Of a DNA stretch of 64,000 nucleotides, positions 9,024 through 18,124 are shown one piece after another; the stretch's first letter is position 1; every line of letters starts with the position of its first letter. Location: contig JAJDYR010000037.1 of assembly GCA_022825065.1 (NCBI GenBank), positions 7,805 through 71,804 of the forward strand, written 5' to 3'. The stretch is from a bacterium (GTDB lineage Bacteria > UBA8248). Under the pieces are notes generated by a model. That model saw nothing but the letters and a program-made list of their open reading frames with translations. It was not told the origin of the DNA and searched no databases. The translations under genes and the position numbers were made by a program.

Positions 9024-9305
9024 GAGAGCCGATGAAGAGCTCCCCCTAGGAGACTTCACCGGCTCTCGACCTGCCGCAGAGTCCGCCCGTTTCCCCCGCA
9101 GCAGGGAATTCCGCTCGATTTAATGTGGGAGCCGAAGACTCAACCACCGAGGTGTATTATCCCCGGCTCCCGATCCTGCTGCAGAGTCCGCCCGTTTCCC
9201 CCGCAGCAAGAGAATTCACTTTGGTGAGAGTCGGGGAAAAACCCTCCGAGGATTCTCCCCCGACTCTCGTCCCGTCGCAGAGTCCGCCCGTTGCCCCCCC
9301 GACGG
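9024..9305. repeat. Tandem array of 3 x ~100-bp units, each with two hairpins (type B then type A) with conserved loops and covarying stems
   Basis: Type-B hairpins: GAGAGCCG/CGGCTCTC (9024-9067), GGGAGCCG/CGGCTCCC (9127-9171), GAGAGTCGGGG/CCCCGACTCTC (9226-9268). Type-A hairpins at 9070-9105, 9174-9209 and 9270-9305 have a near-invariant loop CAGAGTCCGCCCGTT(T/G)CCCCC and stems TGCTGC/GCAGCA versus CCCGTCG/CGACGGG. Confidence 0.6.
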
Positions 9306-9320
9306 GTAACAACTGATTTT

Positions 9321-12300
9321 TTAAGAACATCCACTCGTCGCACCGCAAGTCATGCATTTCAGGCAGGTACCGTTTCTTACCAGGGTGAATAAACCGCAAT
9401 CGCCACATGCCTCACCCTCGTACCCTTTGGCGCGGGCTTCTTCGATACGCGAATCGAGGGCGGAGCCTGCTTCTGCGATAGGCGTCAACGAAGCGAAGGT
9501 GGATTCTTTCTCATAATTCAGGCTTATCCGGTCACTACGCGGTGCGCTTGCATCTGGTCCCGGGAATATGGTTTGAATCTCCTCTTCTTCCTCGGTGTCG
9601 AACTCGGGGATCTCTTCCTGAGGGCGCCCAATGGTATCGCTCCTCAGGTCCTCCGACACCACTTGCGCAAGGTCGTGGCGTCCGAGATATGAAACTGCCA
9701 ACTCACGGAAGATGTAATCGATGATGGATGTGCTCATCTTGATATGCGGGTTGCCTGAAACCATGCCCCCTGGTTCGAAGCGGGTGAAAACAAATGCATC
9801 CACAAATTCATCCAGAGGGACGCCATGCTGTAACCCCAGGGAAATGGCGATGGCGAAACAGTTCATAAGGCTTCTGAAGGCGGCGCCTTCTTTGTGCATA
9901 TCTATGAAAATTTCACCAATCGAACCATCCTCGTATTCCCCGGTTCTAAGATACACCTTGTGCCCGCCGATGACGGCTTTTTGGGTGTATCCACCGCGAC
10001 GGGTAGGCAACTTGCGTCTTCTGGATTGGTAAATAATCCGGCGCACAATCTGCTGGGCTACGTGCATGGGTGCGCTTTGGGAAGCTGGTTCTTCTTCACT
10101 GATGTCAGCGAAGATTTCCGCTTCGCTTAGCGCGGAAAGTGGCTGGCTTAGTTTCGAACCATCACGGTAAATCGCAATGGCTTTGGTCATCCGCTGCCAC
10201 GATTCGCGGTAGATATCCAAGATGTCTTGAATTGTGGATTCTGATGGCATGTTGATGGTTTTGCTGATAGCGCCTGATATAAAAGGCTGCGCCGCCGCCA
10301 TCATCCGAACATGGGCCATTGGGCTGATGAAGCGCTTGCCTTCGCGTCCGCATTTGCTGGCGCAATCAAAAACAGCTAGATGTTCTTCTTTTAGGTGGGG
10401 AGCGCCTTCCAGCGTCATTTTGCCGCAAACGAAATCATTCGCTTCGCTGATTTGCTCCGGGGTGAAACCAATGGCTTCCAGCAGATTCAGGTTCCAGTCG
10501 GCAATTTGCGCTTCATTGAACTCTAATTGTTCACGGCAGAAGTCTTCTCCAAGGGAGTATTTGTTGAAGGCGAACTGGATTTCAAATGCCCCCTCAAGCG
10601 CGGCTTCCACCTTTTCGAGGGCCTTGCTGGTGAACCCTTTTGCGTGTAGAGATTCTGGATTGATGTGAGGCGCATTCGTGAGGGTGCCCCGCCCCCGGCA
10701 GTAGGTGACGATTTCGCGGATTTCTTCGTCATCATAACCCAGATGCCGCAAGGCAAGAGGAACGGACTGGTTGATGATCTTGAAGTAACCGCCCCCCGCC
10801 AGTTTCTTGAATTTCACCAAAGCAAAATCAGGCTCGATTCCGGTTGTGTCGCAATCCATTACCAAGCCAATAGTGCCCGTCGGTGCGATGACAGTAGCTT
10901 GCGCATTCCGGTAGCCGTTTCGATAGCCGATGGCCAAAGCGTCATCCCACGCCTCTCGCGCCGCCTGGAGAAGATAATGGGGACAGGTTTCCGCATCGAT
11001 TCCTTTTGGCGCTTTAGAGAGCATTTCGTATTCGGCTTCAGGCACTGAATAAGCTGCGCGGCGGTGGTTTCTCAGAACGCGCAACATGTGCTCTTGATTG
11101 TCTTGATACCTGACGAAAGCGCCCAGTTCTCCGGCCATCTCGGCGCTTGTGGCGTACGAGCAGCCTGTCATGATGGAGGTGAGAGCCCCGCACCACGCTT
11201 CCGCTTCCGGTGAATCGTAAGGGATGCCGAGAACCATCAACAAGGTGCCCAGATTGGCGTATCCAAGCCCCAGGGTACGATACTCGAATGAGCGTTTGGC
11301 TATTTCGGGACTGGGGAATTGCGCCATCAGCACTGAAATTTCAAGGACGACTGTCAATAGGCGGATAACGTGGCGATAGTCTTCTATCTGAAAATGGTTC
11401 TTTTCAGTATCCAAAAATTTCATGAGATTCATCGATGCCAGATTGCATGCGGTGTCATCCAGGAACATGTATTCCGAGCAGGGATTAGAGCCGTTGATGC
11501 GCCCATCGGCGGCGCACGTGTGCCAGTCGTTGATGGTCGAATCGAATTGAAGACCGGGATCTGCGCAACACCACGCCGCGTATCCAATCTGATCCCAAAG
11601 CTCTTTCGAGTTGACGGAACCGGCGATTTTACCATCGGTGCGCCGAATCAGGTTCCAATCCGTATTTTTCTCGATGGCTTTCATGAATTCGTCTGAAACG
11701 CGTATGGAATTATTCGAGTTTTGCCCGGACACCGAGGTGTAGGCCTCGCCTTCCCAATTCGTGTCGAATTCCTCGAACTCGATTCCGGTGATTCCTTGCC
11801 GCGCGAGTTGAAGGGTTCGATGAATATAATTGTCCGGAACACCGGCTAGCCTTGCGGCGCGTATCGCTTTGGCGAGTGATGGGTTCTTATCCGGCTGATG
11901 GAGGTTGCCGTTCAATCCCGGGTTTTCCCCCTCCTGGCAAGCCACGAGAATAGCGTTCATGTGCCGGTTGCACATCTTGCTGCCCGAAACCAGGGCAGCC
12001 ACTTTCTGTTCTTCATTCACCTTCCAGTTGATGAATTCCTCGATGTCGGGATGATCGATGTCGAGCGTGACCATCTTCGCTGCCCGGCGTGTCGTGCCGC
12101 CCGACTTGATGGCGCCCGCGGCGCGGTCCCCAATCTTGAGGAAACTCATGAGGCCGGAGCTTCTTCCGCCTCCCGAGAGAGATTCCCCTTCCGCTCTCAA
12201 GCTCGAGAAATTCGTGCCGGTGCCGGAGCCGTATTTGAAGATGCGCGCCTCGCGCGTCCATAAATCCATGATCCCGCCCTCGTTGACGAGATCGTCTTTC

Positions 12301-12929
12301 ACCGATTGGATGAAGCACGCATGCGGCTGGGGACGTTCATAGGCGTTGGTGGAGCGGAGTATTTCCCCGGTTTCGGGGTCGCAATAGAAATGGCCCTGGG
12401 CGGGGCGCGTAATGCCGTAAGCCCAGTGGAGGCCCGTATTGAACCACTGAGGCGAGTTGGGAGCCGCCATCTGGCTCGCAAGTATGTATAAGAGCTCCTC
12501 GTAAAACGCCTTGGCGTCCTCTTCGGTGTGAAAATAACCGTGTTTCCAGCCCCAATACGTCCAGCATCCCGCCAGACGGTGGAAAACGTCCCGCGCGTCT
12601 TGCTCGCTCCCGTATTGCTCATCCTCGGGCAGGGATTCGAGTTTTTCCGTGTCTGGCTCCGAGCGCTGCAGCCACTCGGGCACGCCGTCTTCGGGAATCT
12701 TTTTCAAATGGGCGGGGACGCCGGCTTTCCGGAAGTATTTTTGCGCCAGGATGTCGACGGCCACCTGAGACCAGCTCTCGGGCGCCAGGATGTCCTTCGC
12801 TTCGAAGACGAGCGAGCCGTCCGGGTTCGTGATGCGCGAGGTGCGCGGCGCGAAACCGACCTCGCCGTACGCATCGTCTCCAGCCCGGGTAAAACGCCTC
12901 GTCAACTCCACTTTCAGCCTCCTCCGCAA
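9321..12929 (-). CDS. nrdJ: Class II adenosylcobalamin-dependent ribonucleoside-diphosphate/triphosphate reductase
   Basis: 1202-aa ORF with RNR class II hallmarks (ATP-cone-less N-terminus, active-site region ...[21 protein letters not shown]...) and a C-terminal Cys-rich Zn ribbon CGDCG...CLKCMTCG. Confidence 0.85.
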   Translation of the reverse strand: MRRRLKVELTRRFTRAGDDAYGEVGFAPRTSRITNPDGSLVFEAKDILAPESWSQVAVDILAQKYFRKAGVPAHLKKIPEDGVPEWLQRSEPDTEKLESLPEDEQYGSEQDARDVFHRLAGCWTYWGWKHGYFHTEEDAKAFYEELLYILASQMAAPNSPQWFNTGLHWAYGITRPAQGHFYCDPETGEILRSTNAYERPQPHACFIQSVKDDLVNEGGIMDLWTREARIFKYGSGTGTNFSSLRAEGESLSGGGRSSGLMSFLKIGDRAAGAIKSGGTTRRAAKMVTLDIDHPDIEEFINWKVNEEQKVAALVSGSKMCNRHMNAILVACQEGENPGLNGNLHQPDKNPSLAKAIRAARLAGVPDNYIHRTLQLARQGITGIEFEEFDTNWEGEAYTSVSGQNSNNSIRVSDEFMKAIEKNTDWNLIRRTDGKIAGSVNSKELWDQIGYAAWCCADPGLQFDSTINDWHTCAADGRINGSNPCSEYMFLDDTACNLASMNLMKFLDTEKNHFQIEDYRHVIRLLTVVLEISVLMAQFPSPEIAKRSFEYRTLGLGYANLGTLLMVLGIPYDSPEAEAWCGALTSIMTGCSYATSAEMAGELGAFVRYQDNQEHMLRVLRNHRRAAYSVPEAEYEMLSKAPKGIDAETCPHYLLQAAREAWDDALAIGYRNGYRNAQATVIAPTGTIGLVMDCDTTGIEPDFALVKFKKLAGGGYFKIINQSVPLALRHLGYDDEEIREIVTYCRGRGTLTNAPHINPESLHAKGFTSKALEKVEAALEGAFEIQFAFNKYSLGEDFCREQLEFNEAQIADWNLNLLEAIGFTPEQISEANDFVCGKMTLEGAPHLKEEHLAVFDCASKCGREGKRFISPMAHVRMMAAAQPFISGAISKTINMPSESTIQDILDIYRESWQRMTKAIAIYRDGSKLSQPLSALSEAEIFADISEEEPASQSAPMHVAQQIVRRIIYQSRRRKLPTRRGGYTQKAVIGGHKVYLRTGEYEDGSIGEIFIDMHKEGAAFRSLMNCFAIAISLGLQHGVPLDEFVDAFVFTRFEPGGMVSGNPHIKMSTSIIDYIFRELAVSYLGRHDLAQVVSEDLRSDTIGRPQEEIPEFDTEEEEEIQTIFPGPDASAPRSDRISLNYEKESTFASLTPIAEAGSALDSRIEEARAKGYEGEACGDCGLFTLVRNGTCLKCMTCGATSGCS

Positions 12930-13376
12930 GGGCGCCCCGCTGTGTCGGGGACATATTTAGTATGGCGAAATCGAACCGTAACACTAAATGTAGTATGCTT
13001 TGCCCTCGTCTGTCAATACCCTAAAAACAGATATACACAAAATATATGAACTTACCCACACCTTATCCCCAAATGTTGTGTTTTCCTGTGGATAACCGGC
13101 GCAAGAAGAGAGCGGAGGGCTGAGACCCGCCCGGTTATCCCCCGCCGCCTCGTTTCCAGAAGCGGCGGCGCGCCCTTCATGGACGCTCCGGAGCGCCTGA
13201 ACCCGGAGGGCGCGGCCGCTGTCCGGCGCGCCGGTATCGCGTGAGAACGCCCGCAAAAACGCCTCGGATGCGCCCGGAAAGGCATCGTTAATTTATCGAA
13301 AAACCCCGTGAATTTATCTAATTATATCGAATTGTTTCAGCCTTTTTACCGATTTTTTCTCCTCAATCCCGACCGA

Positions 13377-13445
13377 TGAAGGAGGGATTGACGCGACTGG
13401 GGAAGGAGGGATTGACGCGACCAGGGAGGGAGGGATTGCAATTCC
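13377..13445. repeat. Three tandem 22-23-bp direct repeats GAAGGAGGGATTGACGCGAC(Y)(R)GG
   Basis: The sequence gaaggagggattgacgcgactgg / ggaaggagggattgacgcgacca / gggagggagggattgcaattcc. It is preceded by an inverted partner, AATCCC...GGGATT. Confidence 0.5.
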
Positions 13446-13834
13446 CCTGGGCGCGGAAGATCGCCCCCGCTCGACCCGGATCGTCTTCTCCATTTTCTCC
13501 CCTCCTTTCATCGCCGGGAACGATTTCTTTCCCGCGCGGAATTCTCGCCCATGCAGGCGAAAACCCGCTGACGGCAATTGCGGGGAGATGCGTGGTTCCC
13601 AGCGGCCGACCACATCGGCGCGCGCGCCGTCATCGTCCAGGCGCTCGATGAGGAGGCCGGAAATTTCTGCGAGCGCTTCGGCTTCCGCGCGTTCCCGGAT
13701 CGCGAGCCGCTCATGCTGCTGCTGAGGATATCGGATTTAAGGGACATGTTTTAGGGTAGGGCGTGCGCGGATTCGGAGATAGGCGGCTTGGCTCAAGGTT
13801 GGCTGAGCGATGGATTATCGCAGGTACGCTCCGC

Positions 13835-14182
13835 TCAGTCCTGCTCAAGGAGTACGGCCAGCTTTTCGAGCGTCTCGCCCACCACGCGCGGCGGAGCCTG
13901 CGACGCGAGGCGCACGCCTCTGGCGCGCCAGTCGAGGCTCTTCACTTGGTCGGCGAGAACCACGCCCGTAACGGGGCCATCGGTGGGGAGCGCCACCTCG
14001 AAGGGATAGCCCTTGACTCTCGAGGTGATGGGGCACAAGAGCGCGAGGCTGCTTTTCTCGTTATAGCTTCGCGGGCTGACGACCAGCGCGGGTCGGCGGC
14101 CAGTCTGCTCATGCCCGGCCTGGGGGGTGAAGGAAAGCCAGACGATGTCGCCTCTGCCCGGAACGAAGTCCGCGCCCGAAAC
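13835..14182 (-). CDS. mazF: Type II toxin MazF/PemK family endoribonuclease
   Basis: The C-terminal 115 aa of the 190-aa ORF align with E. coli MazF: VSGADFVPGRGDIVWLSFTPQAGHEQTGRRPALVVSP...GYPFEV...VLADQVKSLDWRARG. The likely start is GTG at 14182, so the Arg-rich N-terminal extension is probably not translated. Confidence 0.75.
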   Translation of the reverse strand, partial: VSGADFVPGRGDIVWLSFTPQAGHEQTGRRPALVVSPRSYNEKSSLALLCPITSRVKGYPFEVALPTDGPVTGVVLADQVKSLDWRARGVRLASQAPPRVVGETLEKLAVLLEQD

Positions 14183-14193
14183 CTCCCGTCTCG

Positions 14194-14433
14194 CTACCAC
14201 GCCTCTGCGCCCTGCGCCGGGCCGGCGTCCTGCTCGGCGTGCAGGTTGTCCGCGTTTATTTCGGCGAGCATGTCGGCCAGACGGTAGCCTCTTTTCCTCA
14301 TCACCACCCGGTCGCCGCGCGCGTTCATCTCGATGGCCGAACCCTCGCGCACGCCCCATTGCTCGGCGATGGGCTTCGGGATGCGGACGGCCAGGCTGTC
14401 CCCCCATTTCGCGATATGCGATTTCGCGCCCAT
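14194..14433 (-). CDS. mazE: Type II antitoxin MazE (AbrB/SpoVT fold)
   Basis: 79-aa protein beginning MGAKSHIAKWGDSLAVRIPKPIAEQWGV, which is the MazE/AbrB swapped-hairpin motif. It lies 11 nt upstream of mazF on the same strand. Confidence 0.75.
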   Translation of the reverse strand: MGAKSHIAKWGDSLAVRIPKPIAEQWGVREGSAIEMNARGDRVVMRKRGYRLADMLAEINADNLHAEQDAGPAQGAEAW

Positions 14434-14439
14434 GCGGTT

Positions 14440-14480
14440 ATCCTCCTATCAGGTGTTCATATCTATAATATATATCTTTT
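14440..14480 (-). promoter_or_regulatory. AT-rich alternating-purine/pyrimidine palindromic stretch upstream of mazE (candidate promoter/operator)
   Basis: The sequence catatctataatatatatctttt lies immediately 5' of the mazE start on the minus strand. MazE-MazF complexes are known to autoregulate through palindromic operators. Confidence 0.25.
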
Positions 14481-14582
14481 AGAGGGTGTTGTCGAGGGTG
14501 AGGGTCGGCTGCTCTTCAATACTACCAGCATGTTGATTATTACTCCCCCTTGAGGGGGCTGTTGAAAAAGTCCTCACATCTC

Positions 14583-14690
14583 CCTCATCCTGAGTAGCGG
14601 CGGAGCCGCGTATCGAAGGATGCCCTCTCGCACGCCGGGAGATGCCTCCCATCCTTCGATACGGCGCTTTCGCGCCTACTCAGGATGAGG
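14583..14690. repeat. 108-bp imperfect palindrome (long hairpin; MITE/REP-like)
   Basis: CCTCATCCTGAGTAGCGGCGGAGCCGCGTATCGAAGGATG ... CATCCTTCGATACGGCGCTTTCGCGCCTACTCAGGATGAGG. Confidence 0.5.
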
Positions 14691-14889
14691 TTTTGTGGCC
14701 ACCGGCGCGGCAGGAAGGAGGACCACCGCGTAACCCCCAATTCCGCCCGCGCCGAAACGGGCTTTTTAACAGCTCCGAGGAGGGGGGATTGCCGGAATCC
14801 GGAGCCGATGAATAGTGGAGAAATTTTAGCCCTTCTTTCTCTCAATGACTGAAAAGGAACGACAGCGAAAAAAGAAAAGGATAAATTCC

Positions 14890-14916
14890 CTGGATTCCGG
14901 CGTACGCCGGAATGAC
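14890..14916. repeat. Solo terminal inverted repeat of MITE family 2 (CTGGATTCCGGCGTACGCCGGAATGAC)
   Basis: It matches the right TIR of the complete family-2 copies at 21865-21993 and 26300-26434. A degraded partner (gggattgccggaatccgg) lies about 120 bp upstream. Confidence 0.4.
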
Positions 14917-14978
14917 GGCGAAGAACCACCGGGATAACACGCGGGCCTCGGCTGGTCTCACCGGCGCGCTTGGTGGAT

Positions 14979-15719
14979 TTATCCGTATGTTTCGTTCGTG
15001 CTAAATCGCACCGCTCTCGGCATCTCATCCCACGTTCTGTCGTCAAGCACACGCCCCGTTTTCTTCTTGAACACGCCGCCCCATTGCTTGAAGAAGAAGG
15101 GCGTGCTGCTGTTCACGCAGTTGTCGCGAATCTCCCTCACCCAGTCCGCCTCCATCGGCCTCGCGCCCGGCCCGGACTCACCGCCGACGACCACCCAGTC
15201 GACCCCCGTCAAATTCAAGGCCGGCAAGGGGCCGAGCAGGGGCTCCAAAGAGAGAAACTTCGTCCGCGCGCCGGTTGCCCTGAGCGGCGCCAGACGCCCG
15301 AGCCATTTTTCGGATTCCACGCTCGCGCCGAGCCAGATGTTGGGCGTCCAATTCAGCCTCCGCCCAAGCAGAGCGGCACGGCCCGGCCGCTTGGTGAGCA
15401 CCTGAAACGTGTGCCGGGTCGCGCGGTTCATCACGTCGAAAACGGACTCGATGAAACCGGACGGCACCGATTGATGAAACAGATCGGACATGGAATTGAC
15501 GAAGACGAGGCGCGGCTTCTTCCATCTCAAGGGTTCATCGAGCGAGGAATCGTGTGTGGCGACAGTGAAACCGTTCTCGTACTTCTCGATTCCCATGCCC
15601 TGGAGCCGTCTCGACATCCTCTCGGCGTAGCAATGCTTGCACCCAGGGCTTATCTTCGTACAGCCGGTAACCGGGTTCCAGGTCATCTCGGTCCATTCGA
15701 TACTCGAAATCGTGGACAT
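14979..15719 (-). CDS. DUF5131 / phage Gp37-Gp68 family three-Cys-motif protein
   Basis: The N-terminus WNPVTGCTKISPGCKHCYAE (CX6CX2C) and overall length of 246 aa fit the Gp37/Gp68 family. Regions such as WLGASVESEKW and FFFKQWGG are also present. Confidence 0.75.
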   Translation of the reverse strand: MSTISSIEWTEMTWNPVTGCTKISPGCKHCYAERMSRRLQGMGIEKYENGFTVATHDSSLDEPLRWKKPRLVFVNSMSDLFHQSVPSGFIESVFDVMNRATRHTFQVLTKRPGRAALLGRRLNWTPNIWLGASVESEKWLGRLAPLRATGARTKFLSLEPLLGPLPALNLTGVDWVVVGGESGPGARPMEADWVREIRDNCVNSSTPFFFKQWGGVFKKKTGRVLDDRTWDEMPRAVRFSTNETYG

Positions 15720-15735
15720 GTCTATATGTGTAGCC

Positions 15736-17070
15736 TCACCCGATCTTGAATCGCCAGCGCGCGGCGAGGGCGCTAAGGAGCAACAGACCGAGACTCAAGA
15801 ACGATTGAAGTCCGCCGACGAGGCGCAGGAGCGAGAAGGAAGTAGGTGAAGGTGGAATTTCAGGTGGAGATTTTCCGAGAAGCTGAAAAAGAGACGGGAG
15901 ATCAAAAGCGCCAAACGGGCTAATAATCTGTTCCAAGCTGAAACGAGAAGATAAAAGTAAAATTTCTGTACTTTCCAGACAATCTATTAGCAGCACATTG
16001 AAAAAATTCGCATAAATAGTCGCGAATAGCGCGAAAAAATACATCAGCCATATCAGTGGCCAGATAATGCTTTGTCCATAATCGGAGGCCAGTTCATAGA
16101 GTGACGAAAGGAATTTGATCAGCTTTCTATTTTCAGTGTGATATCTACTTTTCATCTCAAGGGCGTAGAACATCAATTGCTCTTGCCGCGCTCTTTTTTC
16201 CTCCATGTCCAGTTTTAGAGTTCGGTATGCACTAGCTGCTTCATTTCCTTGCCTATCCAAAAACTTGGCGTCAGTGAATTTTGTATCTTGATGAAGTCGA
16301 CAGCCATGAAAACGAGGCGCTTTGTGGAAAGTGCAATTCTTAAAGCTGGTTTCTTGCCGAAATTTCCGGTTGTCGAAGTTCGCTTCATCTAGAGATTTCG
16401 CACCAGAAAAATTAACCTCTCCTTTAAAAGCTTCCACTTCGTGATTTTTTCCTGAATTCTTAAAATCTACGTGCCATTCAAATTCGGCATTTCTAAAGTC
16501 AATCTTCCCTTCAAAATTGGAATCTGTAAAATCGACGAGGTCATTGAATTTAGTATTGCCGAAGATAGTAAGAGGACCCCTGAATTGGGCATGATTAAAC
16601 AAAGAATCTACTTTAAATTGTGCATGGGTGAATTTGACATTACTTGTGAAATGGGCATCACGGAAGTCCGCAGTATTATGGAATTGAGCATAGGAAAAAT
16701 CTACGAATGGGAATTCTATTCCTCTAAATTCGGGATAGCCTGGGAAAATAACGCCACTTAAATCTAATGTTCCGTACGGTGATGTTTCTAATATATTTCC
16801 CCGACGTCTTGAGATATCCGCATAAAACTCCTCTATTTTGTCAGGAGTCCATCCCCCCTTTGTCGTTAGATTGCCGTTTTCATCTTCAAGTGGCGCGTGG
16901 AAGGGGCACAATTTCTTGCCATCCACATCCATCAAATCACCTTCTTGAAAATCGGACGAAAACTGACACGGAATAATGACTACTGCTTTACCCGATTTTA
17001 CTGTTGTGCCTGCACACGGCATTCCGATTCTCCTCTCCGGGTCACTCAAACCGCCCAAAGAATGACGCAT
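15736..17070 (-). CDS. Pentapeptide-repeat protein with Cys-containing N-terminal region and C-terminal transmembrane helices
   Basis: More than 30 consecutive A(D/N)(L/F)xx-type pentapeptide repeats (AQFHNTADFRDAHFTSNVKFTHAQFKVDSLFNHAQFRG...). The C-terminus is hydrophobic (IIWPLIWLMYFFALFATIYANFF; LQSFLSLGLLLLSALAA). GC is roughly 40% in a 64% GC background. Confidence 0.7.
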   Translation of the reverse strand: MRHSLGGLSDPERRIGMPCAGTTVKSGKAVVIIPCQFSSDFQEGDLMDVDGKKLCPFHAPLEDENGNLTTKGGWTPDKIEEFYADISRRRGNILETSPYGTLDLSGVIFPGYPEFRGIEFPFVDFSYAQFHNTADFRDAHFTSNVKFTHAQFKVDSLFNHAQFRGPLTIFGNTKFNDLVDFTDSNFEGKIDFRNAEFEWHVDFKNSGKNHEVEAFKGEVNFSGAKSLDEANFDNRKFRQETSFKNCTFHKAPRFHGCRLHQDTKFTDAKFLDRQGNEAASAYRTLKLDMEEKRARQEQLMFYALEMKSRYHTENRKLIKFLSSLYELASDYGQSIIWPLIWLMYFFALFATIYANFFNVLLIDCLESTEILLLSSRFSLEQIISPFGAFDLPSLFQLLGKSPPEIPPSPTSFSLLRLVGGLQSFLSLGLLLLSALAARWRFKIG

Positions 17071-17149
17071 CTTGCAGTCTATCGTAAAGCGTTATTGGCC
17101 TCACCGGGGATTCATTTCTTCAAAAGAATGGAGTGGAAATTAGTACACA

Positions 17150-17407
17150 CTACAAACCCAAATCCTCGAACAACTCCTCGGCGCCATCGAAGTGCTTTCC
17201 CTTGCCTTCGTCCAACTCCTTCATCGCCTTGCGGGTGGCGGGGTTCGGCGCGCGGACGACGAAGGGCAGCCTACGCTCCTCCGCCACGCGCATCATGAGC
17301 AGGCGAATCGCATCGGAGACGGAAAGGCCCATCGCGTTCAAAGCTTCTGTGGCGCGGGCCTTGGTCTCGCTGTCGATTCTGGCGCGCACGACCGTATCGG
17401 TTGGCAT
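17150..17407 (-). CDS. dinJ: RelB/DinJ-family type II antitoxin (orphan)
   Basis: 85-aa protein MPTDTVVRARIDSETKARATEALNAMGLSVSDAIRLLMMRVAEERRLPF with the RHH/DinJ signature. No RelE/YafQ toxin ORF lies in the 79-nt gap downstream. Confidence 0.7.
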   Translation of the reverse strand: MPTDTVVRARIDSETKARATEALNAMGLSVSDAIRLLMMRVAEERRLPFVVRAPNPATRKAMKELDEGKGKHFDGAEELFEDLGL

Positions 17408-17499
17408 GTCATGCCCTCCTCTTACGTAGCCTCATTGTAGCTACAGCACCTTTTCTCTCTTGTCAAGACTGAATCCGAGTGGTTCTGTCTGAATTCCTC

Positions 17500-17625
17500 T
17501 CCCATTCGGCATCGGCGCGGAACCTGGGTCTAATGGGCGCGGTTTATCGCTTTTGGAACGCCTAATCCGAAGGAGAAAACATGGCGGCGTATGACGTGAC
17601 GGTTATCGGTGGTGGTTCCTACGAT
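17500..17625 (+). repeat. Left copy of a diverged ~115-bp direct repeat duplicating the lpdA upstream region and first 12 codons (partner at 20090-20215)
   Basis: cccattcggcatcggcgcggaacctgggtctaatgggcgcgg...aaggagaaaacATGGCGGCGTATGACGTGACGGTTATCGG is about 80% identical to the native lpdA 5' region. Confidence 0.7.
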
Positions 17626-17649
17626 TTGGTCCGGATCAAAGCGAGGTGA
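17581..17649 (+). pseudogene. Truncated duplicate of the lpdA 5' end (MAAYDVTVIGGGSYDLVRIKAR*)
   Basis: The first 12 codons match lpdA (MAAYDVAVIGGG), then the sequence diverges into a stop. Confidence 0.6.
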
Positions 17650-17882
17650 AGGAACTGCCATATCGAGGAGCGCCGTCGCCTCCTCGCGCCGGGCAAAACC
17701 GTATGGCAAACGCTCGTCAAAGAACGCATCAAATACTGAGGATGAATTCGTCCTTGTACATGGTGAAGTGAACTTCCGAAAGAAAATCCATGCCGAGCAA
17801 TAGGTCAAAATTAGGGAATTATATACGAAAGTGCCGAAGTCTCATTTTCATCTTTGCTATTAACAATGCGAAAGCGTTGCTT

Positions 17883-18044
17883 TCAAGGCTTTTCCACATA
17901 CTCGACATTTACAGATTTCGTTGGTGCTTCTACTGCTTGATCAAAAGTTGCGTCTATTCGTAAGTCTGATTCCAATTCAGATTTACTTGGCTGATAACTA
18001 GGTTTTACAATTTTAATCGTAGATTTCTCCTTTTTATCTGTCAT
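17883..18044 (-). CDS. Small hypothetical protein (53 aa) at the distal end of the low-GC insertion operon
   Basis: ATG start with a GGGAG RBS. Product MTDKKEKSTIKIVKPSYQPSKSELESDLRIDATFDQAVEAPTKSVNVEYVEKP. Below the ORF-track size cut-off. Confidence 0.2.
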   Translation of the reverse strand: MTDKKEKSTIKIVKPSYQPSKSELESDLRIDATFDQAVEAPTKSVNVEYVEKP

Positions 18045-18124
18045 TATTTTCTCCCATCTCTTTACTAAGGAGGTTAGGGAAGGTCGCTTACGATGAACGT
18101 AGGCGACCTTCCCTAACCTCTACT

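Noticed and set aside
9024-9305. Possible CRISPR array (regularly spaced repeats near a tRNA)
   Set aside because: The repeat period is ~100 bp. The 'spacers' are themselves a second conserved hairpin type. There are only three units and no cas genes or leader. The covarying stems point to a structured-element array, not CRISPR.
9321-12929. Intein in the unusually long (1202 aa) NrdJ
   Set aside because: No intein splicing blocks (Cys/Ser + ...HN-Cys/Ser/Thr, homing endonuclease LAGLIDADG) were seen. The extra length is from N-terminal extension and the C-terminal Zn-ribbon region typical of long-form class II RNRs.
13060-13320. Cobalamin riboswitch upstream of nrdJ
   Set aside because: The B12-box core (GCCACTG) and surrounding conserved stems were not found on either strand.
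13835-14407. 190-aa MazF ORF with a 75-aa Arg-rich N-terminal extension
   Set aside because: The extension overlaps mazE on the same strand in another frame and has no homology. The MazF alignment begins at VSGADFVPGRGD, so the gene is trimmed to a GTG start at 14182.
16471-17298. Plus-strand ORFs (96, 69 and 133 aa) inside and beside the pentapeptide-repeat gene
   Set aside because: These are antisense to a gene with a strong repeat signature. Their products are low-complexity with no motifs.
17530-17808. 92-aa minus-strand ORF overlapping the lpdA-duplicate repeat
   Set aside because: No RBS and no homology. It overlaps the direct repeat and a compositional junction, so it is most likely spurious.
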